Below are positions 18,357 to 27,854 of a stretch of DNA of 64,000 nucleotides, in pieces. The translations under genes and the position numbers were made by a program. The notes beneath the pieces are model-generated. The model did not search any database, had not been told where the DNA came from, and worked only from the letters and a program-made list of their open reading frames with translations. The first letter of the stretch is position 1. Each line of letters begins with the position of its first letter. The stretch is from an uncultured Acidobacteriaceae bacterium. Its GTDB lineage: Bacteria > Acidobacteriota > Terriglobia > Terriglobales > Acidobacteriaceae. Where the stretch lies: assembly GCA_963704415.1 (NCBI GenBank), contig OY969908.1, forward strand, positions 3,258,860-3,322,859. The letters run 5' to 3'.

Positions 18357-19433
18357 TCAAAACACCTTTAGCCGAATGATGAAGTATTTTTTCGGATCCT
18401 GGCGGATAGCCTTGAGCAGTTGCTGCGCCTGATCCATGGTCTGATCGAGGTGATCGTAGACGGAGCGGTTCTGCACTAGCTGGCCGATGGTTCCTTTGCC
18501 CTCATCGACAGTGGTCAGGATCGAATCGAGCCGTGTGATCGTATCGTCGAGTTTCTGCGCAAAGGCCGGGTCTCTGGCCAGCTTCCCAATCGAGCCCTTG
18601 CCCTTGTTGATACCGTCCATCAGATTATTCGCGCTGGTGACGGTCGTATTCAGGTTGTTGTAGAGGGATTCGTCCTTCAGCAACTTGCCGACTGTGCCCT
18701 GTCCCTGATCGAGTGAAGCCGTAATGCGATTCACGTTGTCGATCGCGGAGGTGGCCTTGGTATAGAGCGTATCGTCATTGATCAGTTTGCCGATCGTGCC
18801 CTGACCTTCGCCGATTTCATCGGTAATCTTCTCAAGATGGTCGGTGATGCGCGCGATTTTGGCGTAGTAGGCCGGATCGTTAATCAGCTCGCCGACCGTG
18901 CCCTTCTTGGAATTAATAGAGTCCATGAGGATATCGATTTTGCGTATCAGCGTGGAGATATCCTGGATCGAGTCCTGGCTGGAGCTGATCACGGACTGAA
19001 TGTTGGGCGATTGCGTCGCGCGCAGTTCGGCATTGTTGCCCGGGGGCGGCCCGAAGGCATGGGTCGAGTCGATGTCGAGGTAACTATCTCCCAATACGCC
19101 CGCTTGCGCGATGGCCGTGGTGGAGTTCACATGGATGTCGCGCAAATAGGCTTCGCCGATGCGCATGGTCACTTCGACCGGGGTCGGATTCCGCTCGGGA
19201 ACCACACGGATGTGCTGAACATTGCCGATGGTTACGCCTTCCAGCGTCACCGGCGCTCCGTCCTTGAGTCCTGAAGCGTTTGCAAAGTACGAGCGGAGTT
19301 TCAGTTTGGGTGCAAAGATGCCGCCGGTTGAGCCGGACATAAGGAAGATGAGTCCGACAAGCACAGCCACGGCCGCAAGGACCAATGCGCCAACTCTGAG
19401 TTGTGACCACTGGATCTCTTTGCGGCTTGGCAC
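18357..19433 (-). CDS. MlaD/MCE family protein
   Basis: N-terminal TM anchor, ASGLKDGAPVTLEGVTIGNV and GVLGDSYLDI MCE motifs, repeated GTIGKLIND helical region. Confidence 0.9.
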   Translation of the reverse strand: MPSRKEIQWSQLRVGALVLAAVAVLVGLIFLMSGSTGGIFAPKLKLRSYFANASGLKDGAPVTLEGVTIGNVQHIRVVPERNPTPVEVTMRIGEAYLRDIHVNSTTAIAQAGVLGDSYLDIDSTHAFGPPPGNNAELRATQSPNIQSVISSSQDSIQDISTLIRKIDILMDSINSKKGTVGELINDPAYYAKIARITDHLEKITDEIGEGQGTIGKLINDDTLYTKATSAIDNVNRITASLDQGQGTVGKLLKDESLYNNLNTTVTSANNLMDGINKGKGSIGKLARDPAFAQKLDDTITRLDSILTTVDEGKGTIGQLVQNRSVYDHLDQTMDQAQQLLKAIRQDPKKYFIIRLKVF

Positions 19434-19507
19434 GGCACTCCCCTGATTATTTTGACCCGGGACCTATCACCCTCAACCTTTTGAGGATAGCAGACAGAAA
19501 GGGCTAC

Positions 19508-19621
19508 AGCGGTTCCACAACGGCTGTATCCGGGAGCCGGTGCTGCTGAGTGGCATTTTCCTTAAGAAAATGCCCCCCGTTCATGGAACCGAAGAGGCAC
19601 ATAAATTGTGGAACCGCTCTA
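19508..19621 (-). mobile_element. MITE-like palindromic repeat, copy C
   Basis: Terminal inverted repeats AGCGGTTCCACAA/TTGTGGAACCGCT; central GTGGCATTTTCCTTAAGAAAATGCC; one end is the acpS TAG stop. Confidence 0.7.
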
Positions 19622-20002
19622 GCGCCCGTCTTCGACGACTACGCTGGCCATTGCCAAATCGGCAGTATGGGTGAGCGAGAGCGCGGTGTGGGCCACGCCG
19701 AGGGCGGCGGCAATCTCGGCTGCGCGCCCGTGAAAACGCAGCGACGGTTTTCCACCGGGCTCGCGGACCACCTCGATCTCGAGCCAATGGACGCCCCGGC
19801 TGATCCCCGTTCCCAGCGCTTTTGCACCTGCCTCCTTGGCCGCAAAGCGCGCCGCCAGGCTTTCGGGGGCCTTGCGCTTGCGCAAACAATAAGCCTGCTC
19901 CGCCCCAGTGAAAACGCGGTCGAGAAACCGCTGACCAAACCGCACCATCGATTGATGAATGCGACTAATCTCGACCATGTCGATCCCGCTGCCAACGATC
20001 AT
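19619..20002 (-). CDS. acpS: Holo-[acyl-carrier-protein] synthase
   Basis: MIVGSGIDMVEISRI...LAARFAAKEAGAKALGTG...SLTH. Confidence 0.95.
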   Translation of the reverse strand: MIVGSGIDMVEISRIHQSMVRFGQRFLDRVFTGAEQAYCLRKRKAPESLAARFAAKEAGAKALGTGISRGVHWLEIEVVREPGGKPSLRFHGRAAEIAAALGVAHTALSLTHTADLAMASVVVEDGR

Positions 20003-20213
20003 TGTGAATATCGCGTCCTGAATTTCGGTCCTGGATGTGTCGTCCTGCATAACAAGCTAAACCATACATCCCAGGAATGCGCCAACGTTCTTTACGGGTC
20101 GCTGCCGCGAGAGCCTCGACAGACTTCCAACGGAGGTGGCGAACAGCGATCGGTATCGATAGGTCGGATGTGTCAAAGACGGTCAAGCGAAGTGCCACTC
20201 TCGCACATACATC

Positions 20214-20651
20214 ATGCTGAGCTTCCGGGCTCCGATGAACTTAATCGTGAGAGAGCCTGCTCTATTCGGCGATAAACGGAATGAATATGCCGTTCCCTGG
20301 GCCATGCAAATGAGGGCTATCTCTCTTGAAGAGCCATGCCGCCTGGTACACACGCTGACCGGCGCTATTCTTGGATGCGGGGGCTGGGTTCTGAGCCGGG
20401 GCAGCAACGATTCAGGAGCGGTGAACATGCTGTTCGAGTTTGAGCGGCAGGCTTGTGTCGATATCTATACGATCCTGATTGCTTCGGGTATCGAGCTCAA
20501 CCGCAACGGTCACATCCGCTTCACTGAACTCTGCCAGTGCACCCGCCTCAATTACCGGGACTGCGGCGGAGAGATTGCCAGCATCGATCTCGAAATTCAG
20601 ACCTATCCTGTGGAGACCTCCGACCAGACCCAATCAGCGGGGCTGGAGTAG
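20214..20651 (+). CDS. Hypothetical protein
   Basis: The only sensible ORF in the gap, with globular composition; true start uncertain. Confidence 0.55.
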   Translation: MLSFRAPMNLIVREPALFGDKRNEYAVPWAMQMRAISLEEPCRLVHTLTGAILGCGGWVLSRGSNDSGAVNMLFEFERQACVDIYTILIASGIELNRNGHIRFTELCQCTRLNYRDCGGEIASIDLEIQTYPVETSDQTQSAGLE

Positions 20652-20699
20652 CAGCGCCTCTCGCATGCCATGGAAGATAGGCAAATCAAAGACCTCGAT

Positions 20700-21640
20700 T
20701 CATTTGCCTGCATAGGGATCGGGTACCGGTTTTGCGCTTTCCAGCCACGCCGTCAGGACCATGTCGCGCAGCATGCTTGCCCCAGCGGCCAGCCTGGCCG
20801 CCGCAAAGTCGCGCGACTCCGGCGAACCGGCGCCGACAAATCCCCCGGCTTTTTCCAATCCCCCGGCTTTTTCCAATTGATAGACCTTTTCCACCTGAGT
20901 TGCACTCTGCCGCAGGTAGGCGACATAGTTGGTAAAAATGTCGCCCTCGATGGCACGCGGCGGCGTCATCTTCGGTTCCACCTGCGAGGCAGAAATATTC
21001 GCGCCGATAAACGGCCCTTCAAACTGCCAGTGGATTTTGTGTTCGGTTGTGTAGCCGTTCGGATTCGAACCAACCCACCCGTTGTATTGAACAGTAGTGT
21101 GTAGTGGCTGGGAGCCATCGCCGACATAATGGCCAAGCCAACCGGCGTAGAAGAGGACGGCCTGTTCGACAGGTCGCGTGCTCTGTCCTGCAGCCGATAG
21201 GAGGCGGTATGCGCGGAGCGCCGTTTTCAGGCGTTCCCAAACTTCGGTCGTTTGCCATGGCTGAAGGCCAATCTTCTCCGGGCGCTGGCCGGAAGCGAAT
21301 ACCTTGGCCTCGAAGTCCAGACGGTTGCTAGGCAACGGACCGAGAGCGTCGGCCAGTTCCAGATCGAGGAAGTGCTCCGGCGCCTGGGCGGCGTTCAGTT
21401 CCGGCTCCGCAGCTGAGCGCCAACGATCCGGTTCCGGGCCTAGATACTCGATCTCCTCAAGCGCAGCGTCAGAGCGAAGAAACGCCGGGGCATCGGAGGG
21501 CAGGCTGCTGATAGCAAGGCGGTTGATGAGCCGATGTCCCTCATTGCCCCACGAATGGGCGATTGGCGCCGCCTGAAGCAACAGAAAAGGCCAATCAGAC
21601 AACCTAAACCAAAGCGAAAAGGAAGCCGGAGGATGAACAT
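20700..21640 (-). pseudogene. S1/P1 nuclease family protein with an apparent frameshift in the signal peptide
   Basis: Mature-type WGNEGHR, WLGHYVGDGSQPLH, IHWQFE motifs. The signal peptide from ATG 21640 is out of frame by one base at the A4 run 21585-21588. Confidence 0.65.
20839..20877. repeat. 18-bp in-frame tandem duplication
   Basis: AATCCCCCGGCTTTTTCC twice, giving LEKAGG-LEKAGG. Confidence 0.9.
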
Positions 21641-22057
21641 GCGGGCAGTATACGATTGGGAACAGCGCGAGCAGATGCGCAGGATGGACAGAGGCAGTTT
21701 TCCAACCGCCTACTGCCACATCACTGCGGTAACCTCCGCTGTTCCATTCTGGATTCAATCCGGCGTTTTTTGAGTAACATACATGTAACAGCAGGCGTAT
21801 CGTGTTAGCTACGAGCCGTATTAGATATTTTTGCGGATTGAGTCGCACGCATCAGCGTGCGGTCGGCGCTCTTTTGCATGCCTGCTGCAACAAATGTGCT
21901 GAATCCGGCCCAAAGATCATGGCCGGTCGACCTTCTTTCTTAATGCGTCCAGACCCCCTCAAGGGCCGCGCAATAACAAGAATGACCTAAAGTTGATTGG
22001 AGGAGCGGTGAGGGCGCGGTCCTGAATTGTAGGTTTCGGACAGGCGCAGGCAATCGA

Positions 22058-25000
22058 TTGCATCAGAGCCGCACAGGCATGGAGACAAGCGGATCCCAAC
22101 GGACAAAGGAAACGGAACGCGGCACATCGACATCGATGTGGTCCGCGCTTGCCGTGCTCTCGTTGGCAATGGCCGCGGGAGGCATCACGGCGCGCCTCGA
22201 GGCGGGTCCACGCTTCGACTGGCTCCTGTTGATGACCGCCATCGGTTCGACGGGCGCGGTGGCCATGCGCCTACTGGCCGACAACTCCTCTGAGCGCGAG
22301 GCGGCAGGTCGATATGGGGGCGATCCATTCAAGGATCTGCTCGATTCAGCGGGGCCCATCATCGTCTCCATCGGACTCGACGGCCGCCTGACATTTGTAA
22401 ATCCGACGGGCGAAAGGTTGTTGGGATACCGCGCAGCGGAGCTGATCAACAAGTCGCGCACCGTGGAACTTCTTGCGCCCGGTGAAGGCGCACGCCTGAT
22501 CGCGGAGTTGCAGAAGATCTGCGGCATCGACAAGGATGACGAAACTACGCCTGCTGGCCGTCTTGCCGCGTACTCCGAGGTCGTGCGCGCCATGCTTCCC
22601 AGCCAGGTTCCCAGCTTCGAGACGCACTTGCGACGAAGAAATGGAGAGCTGTTTCCCGTCAAGCTGCATCTCTCCGCGCTGCGCAACCAGGATGGTGAAC
22701 CGGCCGGACTTGTCGCTGTGGCTCTCGATCAGAGTACAACGATCCGGAAAGACCAGTGGAAGCGCGAAGCGCGAGAGCGCTACCGCGATGTGTTCGAGAA
22801 CTCGAGCGAAATGGTAGCAACGCTTGATCTGACCGGCCGATTCCTTTACGTCAATCCTGCGTGGAAACGGTGTTTTAGCAACGGCCAGGCCGAGGATAGC
22901 GAGGTTGAGTTCTTCGAACAAGTCTTCAGTCACGACTGCCGAGCCGAGGCCGGCTCGTTGTTGCGCCGCGTGATGAGTGGCGAAACCATCGACCGCGCGC
23001 CGATTCGCAATGAAACAGCAGACGGCCACTTGCAGGAACTCGAGCTGAGCTTGCACCAAAGGCGCAGGGCAGGGAAGCCAATGGCGGTGCAATGCCTGGT
23101 TCGCGATGTCACCCAGCAGAAGCAACGGGAACATCGGCTCGCGTTGCAGTTGCTGGTCACACAGATTGTTGGCGAAAACGTCTCGTCCGAGATGGCCGCG
23201 ATGCGGGTGCTTGAGGCGCTGTGCGTTTCCCAGGGTTGGGACGTCGCGGTGAAATGGGAGATCAACGCCGAAGAAAACAAGCTCGAGTTCAGCACCGCAT
23301 GGGGCGTTCCGGGGAAAGAAACGGAATCACTGATCCAGGAAAGCGTGAGCACCACGCTGACACCGGGGGGCAGCCTTCCAGGGCGGGCTTGGTCTGAGGG
23401 CCGCCTAGTGTGGCTAGGCGACCTTTCGAAGGCTCCCGGTGATCCACGCGTCAAGAGTGCGATGCAGCACAAGATGGTGTCGGGATGGGCCACGCCAGTG
23501 CAGGTGGGCAACAACGTGCTCGCCGTTCTGGAGTTCTACTGCCATTTGAGGCTGCGCGAAGACCGCGAAACCACGGCAGCCATGGAGACGGTAGCAGCTT
23601 CGCTTGGCCAGATGCTTGCGAGAACCCGCGAGCGAGAGCGCGCCGAAGAACTTAGCCGACAGCAGAAGATTCTCCTGCACTCGGTGGCTGACGGCATTTG
23701 CGGCGTAGACCGGAACGGGCTGGTGCGTTTTGCCAACCCTGCTGCGACCCGGCTGCTGGGAGCGCCGGCAGCGAGCCTGATCGGCAAGCAGGTGCACGAG
23801 CTTGTCCACGGAGCCGCTCCAGCCAGCAAGAAATGCGGCGATGACTGCACCCTGTTGAAAGCTGCGAACGGACGCGTCCCTTCGACTGGCGAAGATACTC
23901 TTTACCGCGCCAACGGGGCGGGCTTCCCCGCGGAGTACTTCCTGAACCCGATCCTCGACATGGGCCGGTACTCCGGCTCCGTGTTGAGCTTCCGCGACAT
24001 CAGCCAGCGCTACGCGCTCGACCGGTTGAAGGATGAATTTGTTTCTACCGTAAGCCACGAATTGCGCACCCCCCTCACGTCGATTCGCGGTGCGCTCGGC
24101 TTGTTGTCTTCCGGCATTCTGGGCGATATCAGCGACAAGGCGACCAACCTGCTTCGCATCGCCTTGAGCAACTCCGATCGCCTGGTGAGGCTGATCAACG
24201 ACATTCTCGACCTGGAGCGTGCCCAGAGCGGACGCGAGCCGCTGGTCTTTCGCCCGGTGCAGATGGCCGATCTGGTTAGGCAGTCGATGGATGGCATGCA
24301 GTTGATGGCAGAATCTGCGGGAGTCTTGCTGATTCACGATAAAACGCAAGTTGAAATCACCGCGGACGCCGACCGGCTGGTCCAGGTTCTTACCAATCTG
24401 CTTTCCAATGCCATCAAGTTTTCGCCACCCAATTCGGCGGTCTCGATCATGCTGCGCCCCGGCTCCAGTGGCATGACTCTCTCGGTCATCGACCAGGGCC
24501 GTGGCATTCCGGCCGACAAGCTGGAGGCCATTTTCGGACGCTTCCAGCAGGTCGACGCCTCCGATTCGCGCCAGAAGGGCGGTAGCGGTCTTGGTCTCGC
24601 CATCTGCCGCGCGATTGTTTCGCAGCACAATGGACGCATCTGGGCGGAGCGCAATCCGATCCGTGGTTCTACATTTAGAGTCTTTCTGCCCTATCATCCG
24701 GCCGCGGCAACGAAGACCAAGAGCGCGTCCAATGACTCCCCAGGCCAGGGGGTGGTGTTGCTGGCTAGCGACAATGGCGCTACGAAGCCGCTGATAGGCG
24801 CACATCTCGCCGAGCAAGGCTATCGCATTCTCGAAACTGCCACAGTCGAGCAGACATTGGTTGCAGCACACGACGGCGTGGAAGCAATCGTACTGGACAC
24901 CGGGACGACCGGGATCAATGGATGGGAGTTGCTGCCGCTGTTGCGCAAGTCGGCCCCGGAGGCTCACACACCGGTCATCGTGTTGAGCCTGGATACACAG

Positions 25001-25522
25001 CAGAACGCTTCTGAGATGATCCGCAACGGAAGTGTGCGATCGACCAATGCAAAAGCCATGATGTCCGAGCTGGTTCGTGCGCTTGGAGCCAACACCGAAA
25101 TGGCGCGGGTTCTCGTCGTCGAAGAGAGCGAGCAGATGGCTCTGCTTGTAGGCGAGGCCTTCTCGGGCGACAACACGACAGTAAGGATGGCACGAAGCCG
25201 CGAACAGGCGATGGATGAATGCCTCGCATTCCATCCGCACCTGCTTGTCTTTAACGTGGGCATGCCTGACAATGAGTCGCTGAGCCTGGTGGCTTGGCTG
25301 CGGGAACGGGAGATTCTGACGCATCTTATTCTGGTCGCTTATTCGGGCCGTGGATTGACCTCAGCCGGCGCCCAGTTTGGAATGGAGCCTACGACGCTTC
25401 TGAAGCGGGCGCGGGTGCAGCCAGAGCAGCTTGAACAATTGGTTCTCACCATATTGCGTGGCTCGCGTCATATTGAATCGGCGACCGAAGTTGCCGATGT
25501 ATCCGGTGTGTCCAGCGCCTGA
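22058..25522 (+). CDS. Hybrid sensor histidine kinase (TM-PAS-PAS-GAF-PAS-HisKA-HATPase-REC-REC-like)
   Basis: VSHELRTPL H-box, NLLSNAIKFS N-box, DQGRGI, GGSGLGLAIC; three PAS repeats, a GAF-like segment and two receiver-like tails. Confidence 0.9.
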   Translation: MHQSRTGMETSGSQRTKETERGTSTSMWSALAVLSLAMAAGGITARLEAGPRFDWLLLMTAIGSTGAVAMRLLADNSSEREAAGRYGGDPFKDLLDSAGPIIVSIGLDGRLTFVNPTGERLLGYRAAELINKSRTVELLAPGEGARLIAELQKICGIDKDDETTPAGRLAAYSEVVRAMLPSQVPSFETHLRRRNGELFPVKLHLSALRNQDGEPAGLVAVALDQSTTIRKDQWKREARERYRDVFENSSEMVATLDLTGRFLYVNPAWKRCFSNGQAEDSEVEFFEQVFSHDCRAEAGSLLRRVMSGETIDRAPIRNETADGHLQELELSLHQRRRAGKPMAVQCLVRDVTQQKQREHRLALQLLVTQIVGENVSSEMAAMRVLEALCVSQGWDVAVKWEINAEENKLEFSTAWGVPGKETESLIQESVSTTLTPGGSLPGRAWSEGRLVWLGDLSKAPGDPRVKSAMQHKMVSGWATPVQVGNNVLAVLEFYCHLRLREDRETTAAMETVAASLGQMLARTRERERAEELSRQQKILLHSVADGICGVDRNGLVRFANPAATRLLGAPAASLIGKQVHELVHGAAPASKKCGDDCTLLKAANGRVPSTGEDTLYRANGAGFPAEYFLNPILDMGRYSGSVLSFRDISQRYALDRLKDEFVSTVSHELRTPLTSIRGALGLLSSGILGDISDKATNLLRIALSNSDRLVRLINDILDLERAQSGREPLVFRPVQMADLVRQSMDGMQLMAESAGVLLIHDKTQVEITADADRLVQVLTNLLSNAIKFSPPNSAVSIMLRPGSSGMTLSVIDQGRGIPADKLEAIFGRFQQVDASDSRQKGGSGLGLAICRAIVSQHNGRIWAERNPIRGSTFRVFLPYHPAAATKTKSASNDSPGQGVVLLASDNGATKPLIGAHLAEQGYRILETATVEQTLVAAHDGVEAIVLDTGTTGINGWELLPLLRKSAPEAHTPVIVLSLDTQQNASEMIRNGSVRSTNAKAMMSELVRALGANTEMARVLVVEESEQMALLVGEAFSGDNTTVRMARSREQAMDECLAFHPHLLVFNVGMPDNESLSLVAWLREREILTHLILVAYSGRGLTSAGAQFGMEPTTLLKRARVQPEQLEQLVLTILRGSRHIESATEVADVSGVSSA

Positions 25523-25660
25523 CCTCGAGGCCTGCTCACCATGTGTTCCGGGCGCATGCCAAAGGCGTTCGATAGATTACTACCTTATCCGGCGGGGTGT
25601 TGGCGCCCTTCCGGCAGCTGAGCCACCAGGACCCTCGGTCGGCTAATGGAGTGAACGACA

Positions 25661-26035
25661 ATGCCGCACCGCATCCTCATCATCGACGATGAAGATGATA
25701 TTCGCGAAGTTGCAGCGATGAGTCTTGAGACTGTAGCCGGTTGGGAAGTGATGGTTGCCAACTCGGGGGCACAGGGCCTTACCCGGGCTGCGACCTACAA
25801 GCCCGATGCCATTCTGCTGGATGTGATGATGCCGGGAATGGACGGCCCCACCACGTTTCGCGAGTTGCGGAAGAATCCCGTAACGGCGAAGATTCCGGTT
25901 CTGTTTCTTACCGCCAAGGTGCAGGCCACGGACCGGCGCCGTTTTGCCGATCTCGGTATTCACGCAGTGCTCGTGAAGCCCTTCGACCCGCTCACGCTCT
26001 CTACGCAGATTGCGAGCGCCCTCGGCTGGAAGTAG
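25661..26035 (+). CDS. Single-domain response regulator (CheY-like)
   Basis: ILIIDDE, ILLDVMMPGMDG, FLTA, KPF. Confidence 0.95.
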   Translation: MPHRILIIDDEDDIREVAAMSLETVAGWEVMVANSGAQGLTRAATYKPDAILLDVMMPGMDGPTTFRELRKNPVTAKIPVLFLTAKVQATDRRRFADLGIHAVLVKPFDPLTLSTQIASALGWK

Positions 26036-26046
26036 AAGGTCTATCG

Positions 26047-26382
26047 ATGGGAATGTCCAATCCATCAGCGCTCGTCGAGGCAATGAACCGGTTGTGGTCG
26101 CAGTTCTTGCCGCAGATCGAAGAGCGAGTGTCGACCTTGGAAGACGCTGCAGCGGCACTCGCTGAAGGATCTCTGACCCTCTCCCAGTGTGAGGAGGCAG
26201 CTTCGGCAGCGCACAAGCTCGCCGGGGTTTTGGGCACGTTTGGACTCGATCAGGGCACAGAGTTGGCGCGCGAAGCGGAACTGCTTTACTCAAGCGGGCC
26301 ATCGTCACCTTCCATGTCGAGCGGGCGTCCCGCCGCACTCGCCGCGCAACTCAGAACCATGCTCGCCACAAGGGAGAAATAG
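26047..26382 (+). CDS. Stand-alone Hpt domain protein
   Basis: AAHKLAGVLGTFG phosphotransfer motif; start trimmed from the longer ORF. Confidence 0.85.
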   Translation: MGMSNPSALVEAMNRLWSQFLPQIEERVSTLEDAAAALAEGSLTLSQCEEAASAAHKLAGVLGTFGLDQGTELAREAELLYSSGPSSPSMSSGRPAALAAQLRTMLATREK

Positions 26383-26409
26383 ACTGCCCTTCAGCAATTA
26401 CACTCGACC

Positions 26410-27834
26410 ATGGTGACCAACCAATACTCATCCGCCGGCCAACTTGACCTCGTTTTTGAGGAGAGCTCCGCACGCCGTATCTGGCCTGTTCGCGCATTGG
26501 TCGAGCAGGTGCGCGGCATCGTCGAAAAGAAATTCTTTGACGTGTGGGTTGAGGGGGAAATCTCAAATTTTCGGCCGGCCCCCTCGGGCCACATCTATTT
26601 CAGCCTGAAAGATGCTGAAGCGCAGCTCCCGGTTGTGTTGTTTCGCCGCCAGGCTGTTCTGCTCCGTTTCCGCCCGCAGGACGGCTTACATGTCCTGGTG
26701 CGCGGCAGGGTCAGCATTTACGAACAACGCGGCCAGTTGCAGCTGGTGGCCGAGGTTCTGGAACCGGTTGGTGCGGGCTCTCTGCAACTCGCGTTTGAAC
26801 AGCTCAAGGAGCGGCTCAAAGCGGAGGGGCTCTTCGATACGGAGCGGAAGCGCCCGCTGCCTGCATTTCCTCGCACCGTCGGCATCGTCACTTCCCCTAC
26901 AGGCGCGGTCATCCGCGATTTCCTGAATATCGTCGGGCGCAGGCATTCCGGGCTCAACGTGCTGCTGTATCCCGTTTCCGTGCAAGGCGAATCTGCACCG
27001 TTTGAAATCGAAGCGGCCTTGGCTCAACTCAATGGTTCGTGCCTGGTCGACGTGATTGTTGTGGCCCGTGGTGGTGGATCACTCGAAGACCTGGCAGCCT
27101 TCAACAACGAGCGGGTGGCGCGCGCCATTGCCGCATCGCAGTTGCCGGTTGTCTCCGCGGTGGGCCACGAGACGGACTTTACGATTGCCGATTTTGTTGC
27201 AGATCTTCGTGCGCCCACGCCTTCCGCTGCGGCCGAGCTGATTACCGAAGCCCAGCACAAAGTTGCCGAGCGCGTCGCGAGTCTGGACGTGCGGCTCGAA
27301 CGGGCTGCGCGTTTTCAGCTTCTCCACGCGCGCCAAAAAGTTGACGGCCTTCACGCGGAGCGTGTCGAGTGGCGGATGAATTCTCTGTTGAACCGGCTGG
27401 AACAGCGGCTGGACGATTGCCGCCTTCGCCTGGAAACAGACCTCCGCGATGGGTTGAACCAGTTTCAGCGCAAGGTCGCCGAACTCACCGGCATCATCAT
27501 TCGGCACGACCCACGCCGACTGGTTGGAGAGACCCGTGAACGGTTGGCCTTAAGCTGTACTCGACTTGACCGCACGCTTGAACGATTCGTTCGCGATCTG
27601 GGCACCCATCTTCACGCAACCGACGCGCGCCTTCACGCTCTTTCGCCGCTCGAGGTTCTTCATCGTGGCTATGCTCTGGTGCAGAACGCCGACGGGGCTC
27701 TCGTTCGTTCCGCTGCTCAGGTCGTTCCTGGCGACCTGGTCAGGACGCGCCTGAGCGATGGCTCCTTTTCGAGCAGGGTAGAACCAGAGACTGCGACCGA
27801 TGCCCCACCCAAGAGTCGATCCAGAAAAAGGTGA
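26410..27834 (+). CDS. xseA: Exodeoxyribonuclease VII large subunit
   Basis: VWVEGEISNF, SGHIYFSLKD, VARGGGSLEDL, VGHETDFTIADFVADLRAPTPSAAAE. Confidence 0.95.
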   Translation: MVTNQYSSAGQLDLVFEESSARRIWPVRALVEQVRGIVEKKFFDVWVEGEISNFRPAPSGHIYFSLKDAEAQLPVVLFRRQAVLLRFRPQDGLHVLVRGRVSIYEQRGQLQLVAEVLEPVGAGSLQLAFEQLKERLKAEGLFDTERKRPLPAFPRTVGIVTSPTGAVIRDFLNIVGRRHSGLNVLLYPVSVQGESAPFEIEAALAQLNGSCLVDVIVVARGGGSLEDLAAFNNERVARAIAASQLPVVSAVGHETDFTIADFVADLRAPTPSAAAELITEAQHKVAERVASLDVRLERAARFQLLHARQKVDGLHAERVEWRMNSLLNRLEQRLDDCRLRLETDLRDGLNQFQRKVAELTGIIIRHDPRRLVGETRERLALSCTRLDRTLERFVRDLGTHLHATDARLHALSPLEVLHRGYALVQNADGALVRSAAQVVPGDLVRTRLSDGSFSSRVEPETATDAPPKSRSRKR

Positions 27835-27854
27835 GACTCCAAAAAAGTGAGACG

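Noticed and set aside
23414-25324. 636-aa minus-strand ORF
   Set aside because: It is an antisense shadow of the histidine kinase.
26410-27834. xseA without an adjacent xseB
   Set aside because: The two subunit genes are commonly unlinked, so this is not informative.
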